Positions 18,898-29,102 of a DNA stretch of 64,000 nt are shown here, piece after piece. The stretch spans positions 1 through 64,000 of the forward strand of contig JBKHVI010000007.1 in assembly GCA_046570105.1 (NCBI GenBank), given 5' to 3'. The notes beneath the pieces are model-generated. The model worked only from the letters and a program-made list of their open reading frames with translations. It was not told the origin of the DNA and did no database searches. Position 1 is the first letter of the stretch. Each line of letters opens with the position of its first letter. The position numbers and the translations under genes are program-made. This DNA comes from Bacteriovoracia bacterium (GTDB lineage Bacteria > Bdellovibrionota > Bacteriovoracia > Bacteriovoracales > Bacteriovoracaceae).

Positions 18898-19686
18898 ATG
18901 AATATTTTTGTATGCGTAAAACAAGTCCCAGATACGGAGACTAAAGTTGTCCCGAATGCTGATGGTTCATTTATCGAAACATCTTCAATCAAATGGATTA
19001 TGAATCCTTATGATGAATTTGCAGTTGAACAGGCCCTTTTAATTAAACAGGCGAATGCTGCTGCCAATGTAACAGTCATCCGAGTCGGCTCAGTTAAAGA
19101 TACTGAGGCGCTTCGTACAGCGATGGCGATGGGTGCTGACGACGGCATTTTGGTTGAGGCTGGCGATAACTTAGACTCATTCAGTATCGCCAAAGCACTC
19201 AAGGGGGCGATCGATAAGTCTGGCAAAAAAGCCGATCTCATTCTTGCTGGCAAACAAGCCATTGATGATGATTGCCTACAAGTTCCTCAGATTCTTGCGC
19301 AAATGCTCGACATGCCTTCTGTGGCCGTTGTTGTTGGATTTGAGATGAACGGAACTTCCATTAAAGCAAAACGTGAAATTGAAGGTGGCGCCTTAGAGGT
19401 TTATGAAATCAACGGACCTTGTATGATCGCATGTAACAAGGGTCTCAATACTCCTCGCTACGCTTCTCTTCCAGGCATCATGAAAGCTAAGAAAAAACCA
19501 ATGGCACAACACTCGTTAGCCGATGTGGGCGTGAGCGATGCTGATCGCCGTGTGAAATATTCTGGCTTCCGTCTTCCGCCTGAGAAGCCAGCAGGCAAGA
19601 AGTTTGATGCAACTGATGCGGCTAAACAGAAAGATGTTGTGGCTCAAGTTGTCGGCTTACTTCGTACTGAAGCAAAAATTATCTAA
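18898..19686 (+). CDS. etfB: Electron transfer flavoprotein beta subunit
   Basis: CVKQVPD, MNPYDEFAVE, GKQAIDDD, NTPRYASLPGIMKAKKK. Confidence 0.95.
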   Translation: MNIFVCVKQVPDTETKVVPNADGSFIETSSIKWIMNPYDEFAVEQALLIKQANAAANVTVIRVGSVKDTEALRTAMAMGADDGILVEAGDNLDSFSIAKALKGAIDKSGKKADLILAGKQAIDDDCLQVPQILAQMLDMPSVAVVVGFEMNGTSIKAKREIEGGALEVYEINGPCMIACNKGLNTPRYASLPGIMKAKKKPMAQHSLADVGVSDADRRVKYSGFRLPPEKPAGKKFDATDAAKQKDVVAQVVGLLRTEAKII

Positions 19687-19704
19687 TTAAGAAGGAAGAT
19701 ATAT

Positions 19705-20667
19705 ATGGCAAACGTACTTGTATTTACTGAAACGAATGATGGCAAAGTAAAGCCAGTCACTCTTGAAATTCTAGGCAAGCTTACAGGTCAAGCCGCTGAT
19801 GTTGCCGTCATCGGTGACCTTGCTGCAGACCAAGTGGCACTTCTCGCACAATATGGCGCTGCCAATGTTCATAAACTTAAGGGATCAAATCTCGATAAGT
19901 ATTCTCCAGAAGGTTACAGCAATGCTCTTTCAAATTTTATCAAGTCTAAGAGCTATGACTATGTGATGGCAGGAGCAACCTCAACGGGCAAAGATCTTTT
20001 CCCGCGCCTTGCTTCTGTTTTTGGTGCTGGCTGTGCTTCTGATTGCACAAACTTCGTCTTTGAAGGCGGAGCCTTTGCAGGTACTCGCCCACTATTTGCT
20101 GGTAAGTGTTTAGCGAAAGTCGAACTCACTGGACCCAAGCCTCACTTTGTTACGATTCGTCCAAATGCATTGGGTATGCCGCAATCCCCAACAGCAGGTG
20201 CCGGTGCAGCTGCTGACGTAGCAGCGGACGCAGGTCAAATTCGTGCTGCAATTAAAGAGATCATTAAAGCTGCTTCTACAAAAGTCGATTTGACTGAAGC
20301 TAACATCATCGTTTCTGGCGGCCGCGCCATGAAGAATGCTGAGAACTTTAAAATCTTGAACGATATGGCCGATGTTCTTGGGGCAACTGTTGGCGCAAGT
20401 CGTGCTGCTGTTGACTCAGGCTTTGCTCCACACGCTATGCAGGTTGGTCAAACTGGTAAGACTGTTTCTCCATCACTTTATATAGCATGTGGGATTTCTG
20501 GTGCGATCCAACACTTAGCAGGTATGCGTACGTCAAAAGTGATTGTTGCCATCAACACAGATCCTGATGCTCCGATTTTCACAAAAGCTGATTATGGTAT
20601 CGTCGGTGACTTGTTCCAAGTTGTTCCTGTGTTGACTGAAGAATTCAAAAAGTTACTCGGAAAATAG
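19705..20667 (+). CDS. etfA: Electron transfer flavoprotein alpha subunit
   Basis: VSGGR, VGASRAAVD, QVGQTGK, GISGAIQHLAGM, AINTDPDAPIF. Confidence 0.95.
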   Translation: MANVLVFTETNDGKVKPVTLEILGKLTGQAADVAVIGDLAADQVALLAQYGAANVHKLKGSNLDKYSPEGYSNALSNFIKSKSYDYVMAGATSTGKDLFPRLASVFGAGCASDCTNFVFEGGAFAGTRPLFAGKCLAKVELTGPKPHFVTIRPNALGMPQSPTAGAGAAADVAADAGQIRAAIKEIIKAASTKVDLTEANIIVSGGRAMKNAENFKILNDMADVLGATVGASRAAVDSGFAPHAMQVGQTGKTVSPSLYIACGISGAIQHLAGMRTSKVIVAINTDPDAPIFTKADYGIVGDLFQVVPVLTEEFKKLLGK

Positions 20668-20674
20668 TTTTTTT

Positions 20675-20703
20675 GGTGAGGAGTGAGTATATCGCTCCTC
20701 ACC
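20675..20703 (+). terminator. Stem-loop after etfA (terminator or mRNA stabiliser; weak U tract)
   Basis: GGTGAGGAG...CTCCTCACC inverted repeat. Confidence 0.5.
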
Positions 20704-20840
20704 TTCACACTTGTTAAACCCTCCCAATACCCGACTCATTTGCTTTGAAAAGTCAGAAGATGTGAGTCTCTCGCTTTTTTCCAGATTGAAAAGTTTTAGA
20801 TAGGCTTTCCCGAGTCTAAAAAGTTTCCATGGAGGAAAAT

Positions 20841-22100
20841 ATGAAAATGTCTTTCGCGACTATCGCCCTTTTGGCGCTATCAGTTCAGGCTTTTGCCGGA
20901 ACTTCGTTCTTCGCACCTCTGAATGTTAAAAGCTTGCACGACCAAGAAGTGGCCCGTGAAGTTAAAGGTGAAGCTCCTCGTTTTGCAGTTCCTCACAATA
21001 TCCAAGTTAATGCTTTAGCAGACAAGTCTTGGACTGAAGTGGATGGCCAAATGGTTTGGCAACACCGTGTAACAGCTCCAAACGCTGTTTCATTAAACTT
21101 CGGTTTCACCAAGTTTCACCTTTCTCCAAACGCTCGCTTAGAAGTACGCTCTGCAGATTTCAAGCACATCGTTCGTCCCTTCACTTCTGAAGACAACAAT
21201 GAGGCCCGTGAACTCTGGACTCCAGTGGTAATGAGCGATGATGTGGTTATCGAACTTACCGTTCCTGCTAACGAAGCATCTCAAGTAGAAATTGAACTTG
21301 GAGTTGTTGGACAAGGATTCCGTACTTTCACTCAAAAAACGGAGAAAGCTGGCTCTTGTAACGTTGACGTTGCTTGTTCTGAAGGCGACGAATGGCGCAA
21401 TGAAATTAATGCCGTAGCTGTAATTTCAACAGGCGGCTCAACTTTCTGTACTGGCTTCATGGTAAACAACACTGCTGAAGACCGTACTCCATTCTTCATG
21501 ACGGCCAACCACTGCCGCATCAGTGCTTCAAATGCGGCTTCACTAGTTACTTACTGGAACTACCAAACTTCTCAGTGTGGTGGCTCTCGTAATGGTCAAT
21601 TGAATCAGTTCAACACAGGGTCACAATTCTTAGCAGCATCTGCTCGCTCAGACTTCGCACTTGTTAAACTTAACAAGCAACCAGAAGCAACATGGGGTGT
21701 GACTTATGCTGGTTGGGATCGTTCAGGAGTTGATGCAACTTCAGCCGTTGCCATCCACCACCCTGCTACTGACGAAAAGAGCATCTCTTTTGAAAATGAT
21801 CCGACAACAACTACTCTATACTTGAAAGAAGAAATTGTTCCAAATGCAACTCACGTTCGCGTAACAAACTGGGACAAAGGTACTACTGAGCCAGGTTCAT
21901 CTGGTTCACCACTCTTCGACCAAGACCATCGCGTAATCGGTCAGCTTCATGGTGGCTACGCTTCTTGTTCTAGCGCAACTTCAGACTGGTATGGCCGCTT
22001 CCACGTAAGCTGGGAAGGCGAAGGTCGCTCAAACAACCGTCTTAAAGACCACCTTGATTCTTCAAGCCGTGGGAACATGTTCGTAGATACAATTCAGTAA
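20841..22100 (+). CDS. Secreted trypsin-fold serine protease, lysyl endopeptidase (Lys-C/API)-like with propeptide
   Basis: Signal peptide AFA; propeptide (SLNFGF, LWTP); GSCNVDVAC; triad TANHC / DFAL / GSSGSP; GQLHGG; GGAGG RBS before ATG 20841. Confidence 0.88.
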   Translation: MKMSFATIALLALSVQAFAGTSFFAPLNVKSLHDQEVAREVKGEAPRFAVPHNIQVNALADKSWTEVDGQMVWQHRVTAPNAVSLNFGFTKFHLSPNARLEVRSADFKHIVRPFTSEDNNEARELWTPVVMSDDVVIELTVPANEASQVEIELGVVGQGFRTFTQKTEKAGSCNVDVACSEGDEWRNEINAVAVISTGGSTFCTGFMVNNTAEDRTPFFMTANHCRISASNAASLVTYWNYQTSQCGGSRNGQLNQFNTGSQFLAASARSDFALVKLNKQPEATWGVTYAGWDRSGVDATSAVAIHHPATDEKSISFENDPTTTTLYLKEEIVPNATHVRVTNWDKGTTEPGSSGSPLFDQDHRVIGQLHGGYASCSSATSDWYGRFHVSWEGEGRSNNRLKDHLDSSSRGNMFVDTIQ

Positions 22101-22115
22101 GCGCTTTTTTGGCAC

Positions 22116-22151
22116 AAATAAAAAGGGCCCCTTTCGGGGCCCTTTTTATTT
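22116..22151. terminator. Bidirectional intrinsic terminator
   Basis: AAATAAAAAGGGCCCC-tttc-GGGGCCCTTTTTATTT. Confidence 0.92.
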
Positions 22152-22165
22152 ATTCAATGTTGAGA

Positions 22166-23032
22166 TTAAAAACTGGTAGCTGATTGTTCAAAAGTAAAAC
22201 CGTAACCACCCTCTGGAACTGGTTGAGTGTTCTGTGCAATATCAACCTGATTGGCTTGAGGCTCATTTCCAAAAGTTCCCACTTCTAACTGAGAACCATC
22301 ATCATTTTGAACTGCTGCATATTCTGGCTCAACGGCGACTTCGGCTTGCACATTTTCGTTATTCTCAGCAACTTCTGCAGAGTTATTTCCGAAATTCTCT
22401 TCAACAGCAGTTGGTGAAGCAAACTTCAAACGTGTTCCTTCAAATGGACCGTTGGTGAGCGTCACCATGTATGACGACTTATCCATTTGGTACATCATTC
22501 CGCTCAATACTTGGCCATCGATTTCATATTCAAAAACATTACCCGTCATTTCTGAGAAAGTGACTGCAACTGATTCGTTATTTGGAAGACTCACGCTGAT
22601 TGATTCAATGATTCCATTATTAGCGCTCAAAGTTCCGCTAAACTCACCGGCCTTAGGATTCTGAGCGTACTTCTTAGCGTTGAACACTTCAGTCAATTCT
22701 AAGTTGAGCTCTTCTTTGATTGCGGCATGAACAGAAGGTGCTTCTTCTTTTGCTGAAGCTGACTCCGTAACAGTTACTTCATCTTTTTTGAGCTCAACCT
22801 TAGCAAGTTTTTTAACTACTGGTGAACGTAGCTTAACCCACTCGCCCGCGTGTGCAAGTTGGCGACCTGAAGTTGTGATCCCATTGATCTCATCGAGACG
22901 CTTAACAAAGCGAACACTCTGAGAGTCCATGAAAGCATCCGAGTTCACTACAACAGAGTTGTAGGTACCGATGGCGACGAATGCAAACCCCATAAGGGCC
23001 AATGTCGTACGCTTTAACTTGAAGGTCTTCAT
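22166..23032 (-). CDS. Hypothetical N-terminally anchored/exported protein
   Basis: N-terminal hydrophobic helix, beta-rich middle, acidic tail; GGGGAG RBS; sigma54 promoter upstream. Confidence 0.75.
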   Translation of the reverse strand: MKTFKLKRTTLALMGFAFVAIGTYNSVVVNSDAFMDSQSVRFVKRLDEINGITTSGRQLAHAGEWVKLRSPVVKKLAKVELKKDEVTVTESASAKEEAPSVHAAIKEELNLELTEVFNAKKYAQNPKAGEFSGTLSANNGIIESISVSLPNNESVAVTFSEMTGNVFEYEIDGQVLSGMMYQMDKSSYMVTLTNGPFEGTRLKFASPTAVEENFGNNSAEVAENNENVQAEVAVEPEYAAVQNDDGSQLEVGTFGNEPQANQVDIAQNTQPVPEGGYGFTFEQSATSF

Positions 23033-23063
23033 ACAGTTCTCCCCGATTGATATACCTTCTTAA

Positions 23064-23080
23064 AGCAAGGTATATGCCAA
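23064..23080 (-). promoter_or_regulatory. sigma54 (-24/-12) promoter
   Basis: TTGGCATATACCTTGCT, an exact GG-N10-GC spacing. Confidence 0.8.
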
Positions 23081-23159
23081 AGAAGGCCCTCGGGGTGACC
23101 ATGTAACTATATGTATTTATTGGGTATTTCTAAGGGGGTGACGAGGCGATAGACAACAG

Positions 23160-23198
23160 AATAGACGAAGTGACTAAACAAAAGACACTTCGTCTATT
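23160..23198. repeat. 13-bp perfect inverted repeat (terminator and/or enhancer site)
   Basis: AATAGACGAAGTG-N13-CACTTCGTCTATT. Confidence 0.75.
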
Positions 23199-23207
23199 AA
23201 ATAAAAT

Positions 23208-23399
23208 TTATTCAGTCGGTGGGGTAGCGCGCAGATAATCGAGGTGGCTAGAGCGAAAGCGTTTTAGCGCGATGACCACTAATTCGGCAGGTGTTAGGCC
23301 CGAGTTCGTTGACATGATTTCAACAGCTTCCACCACGTCTTTTTCAATTTGAACCTTAAGTTCTTTAAGCTCACCCTGATTATGCTTCTGAGATTTCAT
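23208..23399 (-). CDS. Small hypothetical protein, possible ribbon-helix-helix fold
   Basis: From ATG 23399: ELKVQIEKDVVEAVEIMS..GLTPAELVVIALKRF, a beta-helix-helix pattern. Confidence 0.6.
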   Translation of the reverse strand: MKSQKHNQGELKELKVQIEKDVVEAVEIMSTNSGLTPAELVVIALKRFRSSHLDYLRATPPTE

Positions 23400-23448
23400 A
23401 AAAAAGCCCCTTGTTGGAGGGGAATCATGGCCTTTTTTTCTACAAAAG

Positions 23449-24006
23449 TCATCGTCCAGTTCGCGGGGCCACCACACTTAACGCCTCTTGCTGTCGGAGG
23501 CTGACCAAAGCTTCGGTGATCTCATAATCAAGTAAGCTGCAGTGTTGATAGAGATCCTTAACAGAACTCCATTCAGAGAGAGCGCATAAAACCTGAAACT
23601 CAGCTTCCGACACCTCACTCTGAGCTTCGAGAAACTCCGCCTTAGCAATGAGTTTCACATGATCCGGCGGTCGCTTACCAGACACGGCCTGAAATCGTTT
23701 GAGTACATCATCTGTTTTGTGCTTTAAAACCGAGTAAGGATAGTGAATCTGGCGATCTTTCTCTTCAATGATTTCTGGCTCAACAATGAATTCTTGAGGT
23801 ACGAGTTGCGCACCTTCAATGACGGCATTGTAAAATGCTTTCAGGCCGGTAGCGCCTCGATACTGACAACGATAAACTTGTCCCTCACGCAACACCACCA
23901 CTCCCAACATCTGATGTGATGTGCGATCGAGAACATTGATACGGCCGGTAAATCCAACCAATGTTTGTTCATCGAGAGAATGAAAAAGTGGTATCTCAGT
24001 AGTCAT
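23449..24006 (-). CDS. DUF4388/PATAN-like domain protein with C-terminal winged helix
   Basis: FTGRINV..G.VVLREGQVY..GLKAF; SVKDLY..LDYEITEALVSLRQ. Confidence 0.55.
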   Translation of the reverse strand: MTTEIPLFHSLDEQTLVGFTGRINVLDRTSHQMLGVVVLREGQVYRCQYRGATGLKAFYNAVIEGAQLVPQEFIVEPEIIEEKDRQIHYPYSVLKHKTDDVLKRFQAVSGKRPPDHVKLIAKAEFLEAQSEVSEAEFQVLCALSEWSSVKDLYQHCSLLDYEITEALVSLRQQEALSVVAPRTGR

Positions 24007-24015
24007 GCAATAATC

Positions 24016-25161
24016 CTAACGGCCAAACAAGCGAGAGAAAAGCCCTGCTCGAGTTGTGTCGCTGGGATGAAAGTGTTTATCAATTTTTTCTGCTACTGCC
24101 TGAAAAGCCCTGGCAACTGGTCGCCCCTCATAAACAGGATTAGCCATATAGGGATATCCCGAATCGGCTGACATCCTTAACTCTACCTCTAGGGGGATCT
24201 TACCCAAGAAAGGAACTTGCAAAGTTTGGATCGCTTTTTCAACTCCGCCTTCGCCGAATAGATGATGCTCGTGATTGCAATTTGAACAAATAAACGAACT
24301 CATATTTTCGACCATGCCGATCACAGGAAGATTGAGTTTGCGAAACATCTCAAGACCCTTGGTCGCATCAAGTAGTGCTACATCTTGGGGAGTTGAAATA
24401 ATTATAACACCGTCGACCTGGCAATTCTGTACCATTGAAAGCTGAATATCACCGGTGCCCGGTGGAAGATCTATGAATAAATAATCGAGTCCTTCCCAAT
24501 TAGCATCAAATAGAAACTGATTAAGTACGCCACCCAACATTGGACCACGCCAAATGACTGGATCTTTTTCTTCGATAAATAAGCCGAAACTTAGAAATTT
24601 TAAACCGTGTGATTCGATTGGAACGATTTTTCTTTGTTCATTAGCGAGAGGTTTTTCAAAACGTTTTCCAAGCAGCATAGGAATTGACGGGCCATAAATG
24701 TCGGCATCAATCACACCAACCTTTCTCCCACTTCTTGCCAAAGTACTTGCTAGGTTTACTGTAAACGTAGATTTACCAACTCCACCTTTACCAGATCCAA
24801 TTGCGATAACTTTGCCAACACCGGGAACTGGTTTTTTCGTCATAGGGGCAGCGTGCCCCGTTTTAATTTGTGCAGGTTCAGCTTTTACTGCCGGAGTTCC
24901 GACCGCTTTAAAAACATCTGCCGAATCACTAGAGACACTTTTTAAAAGTAGTTTGTCCTCAGAAACAACTGAACTTAGAAATTCGGCGATAGTTTTTTCG
25001 ACCAAACGCTTGTCTTGCGGGCTAATGCCATCGCGGGCATAGGTTATTGTTACCTTTTGGTTTTCAATTGCGATGTCCTTCCAGCGATTTTCTTCACTAA
25101 AAGTTTTGCCTGTAACAGGGTTTTTCACTGATGAAATTAGACTAACAATCTGCTCACGCAT
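24016..25161 (-). CDS. apbC: Mrp/NBP35 iron-sulfur cluster carrier ATPase
   Basis: GKGGVGKST, DADIYGPS, WRGPM, DLPPGTGD, ENMS..CxxC. Confidence 0.92.
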   Translation of the reverse strand: MREQIVSLISSVKNPVTGKTFSEENRWKDIAIENQKVTITYARDGISPQDKRLVEKTIAEFLSSVVSEDKLLLKSVSSDSADVFKAVGTPAVKAEPAQIKTGHAAPMTKKPVPGVGKVIAIGSGKGGVGKSTFTVNLASTLARSGRKVGVIDADIYGPSIPMLLGKRFEKPLANEQRKIVPIESHGLKFLSFGLFIEEKDPVIWRGPMLGGVLNQFLFDANWEGLDYLFIDLPPGTGDIQLSMVQNCQVDGVIIISTPQDVALLDATKGLEMFRKLNLPVIGMVENMSSFICSNCNHEHHLFGEGGVEKAIQTLQVPFLGKIPLEVELRMSADSGYPYMANPVYEGRPVARAFQAVAEKIDKHFHPSDTTRAGLFSRLFGR

Positions 25162-25302
25162 ACTTTCTCCTGGTATCCCCGACTGATGGGCTAAGATATC
25201 TTCCCCGTCACCTTACTCCTGGTCAATGAGTTTTAAGTGGCGCGAACTAAGAGCAAGATTTATCATTAGTAATGAGATTCTGTCAGTTTGAGGAGTGCAC
25301 AA

Positions 25303-25860
25303 TTGTCGGCCTATAAGAGAACTATTTTTCTCATCAATCCAAAGTTTCAACTCAAGTTCGCACTTGTTATGTGCTCGTTGGTTTTTATTTCAAGCTTGAT
25401 CTATCCCCTCACGATCGTTCAACTTTTTGAATCTTTTGCAAAGGCAAATCCTCAGGCAACAGATGGTCTGAAAGAAGCTAAAAATCAATTACTGATTTTC
25501 TTAGCAGCCTATCAATTCATCTTTATTGGTTTTGTATTTATTATTTGCATATTTTTAACGCATAAAATCGCCGGCCCAATGTTTAAGCTTACAAACTATT
25601 TGCGCAATATTTCTCAAGGAACGCCACCAAGCAATATCACCTTCCGAGATGGTGATAATTTCCCTGAAGTTGCTGAAGAAGTTAATAGCGCACTAGATCG
25701 TATTGCTGATGAGCACGAAGAAGATTATGCATACCTTACTGAAGTAACCAGTTATATGAACAATCTTTCCCTTGTCGTTCCAGAAGACAAAAAACCTCTA
25801 ATCCAAGAGATTACAGCTCGTCTTCAAGACATCCAAAAACGACTTCATCCGAACGAATAA
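25303..25860 (+). CDS. Two-TM HAMP-like small membrane protein
   Basis: RTIFLINPKFQ, 2 TMs, THKIAGPMFKL..FRDGDNF.EVA; AGGAG RBS before TTG 25303. Confidence 0.65.
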   Translation: MSAYKRTIFLINPKFQLKFALVMCSLVFISSLIYPLTIVQLFESFAKANPQATDGLKEAKNQLLIFLAAYQFIFIGFVFIICIFLTHKIAGPMFKLTNYLRNISQGTPPSNITFRDGDNFPEVAEEVNSALDRIADEHEEDYAYLTEVTSYMNNLSLVVPEDKKPLIQEITARLQDIQKRLHPNE

Positions 25861-25902
25861 CTCGTAGCGACTCCCACGCCATATCATGATAAAATGCTTG
25901 TG

Positions 25903-27978
25903 ATGCGAAAGCTTATTTTACTCATCATTTTTTTTGGATATTTTAATGTCTCTGCATCGGCAAAGAACACTAATCCGTGGCATGCATTTCTAAATCGACC
26001 AGAATTAGAACTTAAGCGCGCTGATCTCATTGTTTATGATCATTTTTTGCAAATTTATAAAGTCGCCGATAAGGGTTATGCCAGCGCCTATTTACTTGAT
26101 AAGGGTCTCAAGGACTCATCAAAAAATCCTAGGCTCGCCATTTTCCACGAATGGTTAACTGATCTCAAACGTTTTTCATCATTGCCTCACGAAGAGCTCA
26201 TTCAAACATGCTTTGAGCTTAGAAAGAGGCTTGGAACTACTTTTGGGCTTACTCGAAAATTACTCATCCAACGAATAAATTACTGTCGCCAAATAGCACT
26301 CCAGCAGATGGCCCCAAAGGCATTGGCCGATGGTGGATTCACCATCACTGATATGAATTTTCTAAAAAAATTCATGTATCTCTTTCTGCATGGACGCAAC
26401 CGTCCTGACTTTATTTGGTTTCTCCAGCGTTTTGAGGGAAAAGATGACCTGATGAACGTTCTTTCAACATTAGTAATTGAAGAAGTCATCAAGCGTAATC
26501 GCCAAGTACCAAGAGACATATTACCACTTATTACCATTACACCCGATCTCACTCGCCACATTCAGCAGTACGGCCTTGACTCTGAATCAATGAGACAAGT
26601 TTTCTACACTGAGTTTTCACGCATGATTGAAGATCTCTACAAGTCTATTGATGAGAAAAAAAGAGACGTCACTGCAACTCGCGCTGATCAAATTCTTGCT
26701 TGGATGTCACTTAACTTACAAAGATTGCCTCAAATGACATCTCTCGGAAGATTTTCGGACTTAGGGAAAAATCTTTGGAGAAATGGCTATGGTGATTCGG
26801 CCAGTCGTATATTTGATTACGTGGCAAAAAACGGCAATGCAGAACAGAGAGAAGATGCATGGTTTTTTAGACTCTGGATGTGGGGTGCGAAAGATGAATG
26901 GAAAGACGCTTATAAGTGGTTAAATGGCCAAAATATCATTTCAAACTATAGCAAGCTTATTGATTCAAGACTCAAGTTCTGGATTGCTCTCACCTTGCAG
27001 AAAAATGAAAAGCATAATGAAGCCAAGGAGCGCTGGGAGGAATTAATCAAACGTCACCCATTGAGCTTTTATGGAATAATGGCAACCAAAGCGCTGCAAT
27101 CACATCATTCACAATCGACAGCGCTCAAATTTTATCGATCGATAGATGAAACAAATAAGCCTACTCTTGATCCTGCATCAATTGATGCTTCTATGTGGGA
27201 AGCTTGGAAAAGGCTGCGCGCCTGGGCAAGACTCGATAACAAGTCCTTTCTAGCAGCGGAACTTAAAAGCTTCGAGAAGAGTTTTATTCCTGGGATATTG
27301 CTTAAGACAGACAAAGATAAAATCAAAGCGGTTCAAAGTGACATCAACCTTATAAACGCCGCATTGATAGGATCAGAAGAAAATTATCTCGAAAGTTTTC
27401 GCGTTATCTACTCAGCACTTGATCAAGAGAAAGTTTTCTTTAACAGATTTTTGCTCGAAATTTTGTATCCGCAACCCTATATGAGTGAACTTCAGCGCGC
27501 ACTTAAAACGGCAAAGCTTGACCCCTTATTACTTCTTTCACTTATTCGCCAAGAGTCTGTTTTTAACCCCGAAGCCAAGTCTAGAGTGGGGGCCCGAGGT
27601 CTAATGCAACTTATGCCTACTACGGCGAAGAGGCTACAGCGTGGCGTGAGAGAGAAGCAGCTTGAGCAGCCTAATAAAAATATTGAGTTGGGTGCTAAGT
27701 ATTTCCAACAACTGCATAAACGCTACAACGGAAATTTAGTATATGTACTATCGGCCTACAACGCTGGCGAATCTAGGGTTGAACGCTGGAAAGGCCAATA
27801 TTTTTCAGGTGATGACTTACTTCGAAATATTGAAATGATTCCATTTCTGGAAACACGTAATTACGTAAAACTGATTTTTAGGAATTTATTCTTTTACAAG
27901 ACACTGGTAGCTTCGCAGGATCTTCAAGACCCTGCGAATCCGAACCAGATCTATGATTTAGATCTAGGTTTTAAATAA
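25903..27978 (+). CDS. Soluble lytic transglycosylase (Slt70-like: helical repeats plus SLT domain)
   Basis: Signal peptide; IRQESVF, GARGLMQLMP, AYNAG, IEMIPFLETRNYV; start could be 25894, 25900 or 25903. Confidence 0.88.
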   Translation: MRKLILLIIFFGYFNVSASAKNTNPWHAFLNRPELELKRADLIVYDHFLQIYKVADKGYASAYLLDKGLKDSSKNPRLAIFHEWLTDLKRFSSLPHEELIQTCFELRKRLGTTFGLTRKLLIQRINYCRQIALQQMAPKALADGGFTITDMNFLKKFMYLFLHGRNRPDFIWFLQRFEGKDDLMNVLSTLVIEEVIKRNRQVPRDILPLITITPDLTRHIQQYGLDSESMRQVFYTEFSRMIEDLYKSIDEKKRDVTATRADQILAWMSLNLQRLPQMTSLGRFSDLGKNLWRNGYGDSASRIFDYVAKNGNAEQREDAWFFRLWMWGAKDEWKDAYKWLNGQNIISNYSKLIDSRLKFWIALTLQKNEKHNEAKERWEELIKRHPLSFYGIMATKALQSHHSQSTALKFYRSIDETNKPTLDPASIDASMWEAWKRLRAWARLDNKSFLAAELKSFEKSFIPGILLKTDKDKIKAVQSDINLINAALIGSEENYLESFRVIYSALDQEKVFFNRFLLEILYPQPYMSELQRALKTAKLDPLLLLSLIRQESVFNPEAKSRVGARGLMQLMPTTAKRLQRGVREKQLEQPNKNIELGAKYFQQLHKRYNGNLVYVLSAYNAGESRVERWKGQYFSGDDLLRNIEMIPFLETRNYVKLIFRNLFFYKTLVASQDLQDPANPNQIYDLDLGFK

Positions 27979-29088
27979 TTAAACATTAAAGCGGAAGTGA
28001 ATGACATCACCGTCTTTCACTTCGTACTCTTTGCCTTCCATGCGGAACTTGCCAGCTTCTTTAACTTTGGCTTCCGTTAGTAGGTTGAATAAGTCTTCAC
28101 AGTGATAAATTTCTGCCTTAATAAATCCACGCTCAAAGTCAGAGTGAATCACACCTGCCGCCTGTGGTGCTTTTGAACCTTTTGGAAAAGTCCAAGCGCG
28201 CACTTCTTTCACTCCAGCAGTGAAATAGGTGTACATACCGAGAAGGTTATAACCGGCACGAATCATTTTCGAGAGACCTGACTCTTCGATGCCAATTTCT
28301 TTCAAGAACTCTTCTTTCTCTTCTTTCGAACCAAGGGCCGCAATTTCACTTTCAACTTTTCCACAAATTGTAATCACGCCTGCATTTTCTTTGGCAGCAA
28401 TTTCACGAACTTTTTTAACATGCTCATTTTCTTTAGTGAGATTCGCTTCATCAACGTTACATACGTACATCAATGGCTTCATGGTAATGAGATGTAAATC
28501 ATGGATGGCTTCTTTCTCATCCGCATCAAGTTCTAAGCTTCTGGCAGGGAGACCCTCACCAAGTGTCTTCACCAATTTTTCAAGAATCGGTTTAGCAATT
28601 TTGCCTTTGGTGGAAACTATTTTGTCTTGGCTCTTAATGAGACGATCAATTCCTTGGAGACGCTTATTAACAGACTCAAGATCAGCAAGAGCGAGCTCTA
28701 CGTTAATTGTAGAGACGTCATCTATGGGATCAACTTTTCCTGAAACGTGAATAATGTCGCCGTCTTCAAAACAACGTACCACGTGAGCAATAGCGCCCAC
28801 CTGACGGATGTGACCCAAGAATTGGTTACCAAGTCCTTCACCTTTCGAAGCACCTTTCACCAGACCTGCGATGTCCACGAACTCAACGATGGCCGGTACT
28901 GTTCGTTCTGGTTTTACCAGTGTGGCTAGTTTATCTAGGCGATGATCTGGAACATGAACCACGCCGACGTTAGGTTCAATGGTACAGAATGGGTAGTTAG
29001 CCGCTTCTGCTGGTGCCGATGTAAGCGCCGAAAAAATTGTCGACTTACCAACATTCGGTAGACCAACGATACCTACGTTTAAACCCAT
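27979..29088 (-). CDS. ychF: Redox-regulated ATPase YchF
   Basis: GLPNVGKST, ANYPFCTIEPN, DIAGLV, GEGLGNQFL, TGS domain. Confidence 0.97.
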   Translation of the reverse strand: MGLNVGIVGLPNVGKSTIFSALTSAPAEAANYPFCTIEPNVGVVHVPDHRLDKLATLVKPERTVPAIVEFVDIAGLVKGASKGEGLGNQFLGHIRQVGAIAHVVRCFEDGDIIHVSGKVDPIDDVSTINVELALADLESVNKRLQGIDRLIKSQDKIVSTKGKIAKPILEKLVKTLGEGLPARSLELDADEKEAIHDLHLITMKPLMYVCNVDEANLTKENEHVKKVREIAAKENAGVITICGKVESEIAALGSKEEKEEFLKEIGIEESGLSKMIRAGYNLLGMYTYFTAGVKEVRAWTFPKGSKAPQAAGVIHSDFERGFIKAEIYHCEDLFNLLTEAKVKEAGKFRMEGKEYEVKDGDVIHFRFNV

Positions 29089-29102
29089 ATCTAACTCCTC
29101 GC

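Noticed and set aside
22185..22212. GGYGFTF near the C-terminus resembling GYTFNF in the 32384 protein as a shared sorting signal
   Set aside because: Only two short low-complexity instances, too weak without a genome-wide motif search
23400..23477. Upstream extension of the 23208 ORF
   Set aside because: Overlaps the preceding gene; ATG 23399 has an AAGGGG RBS
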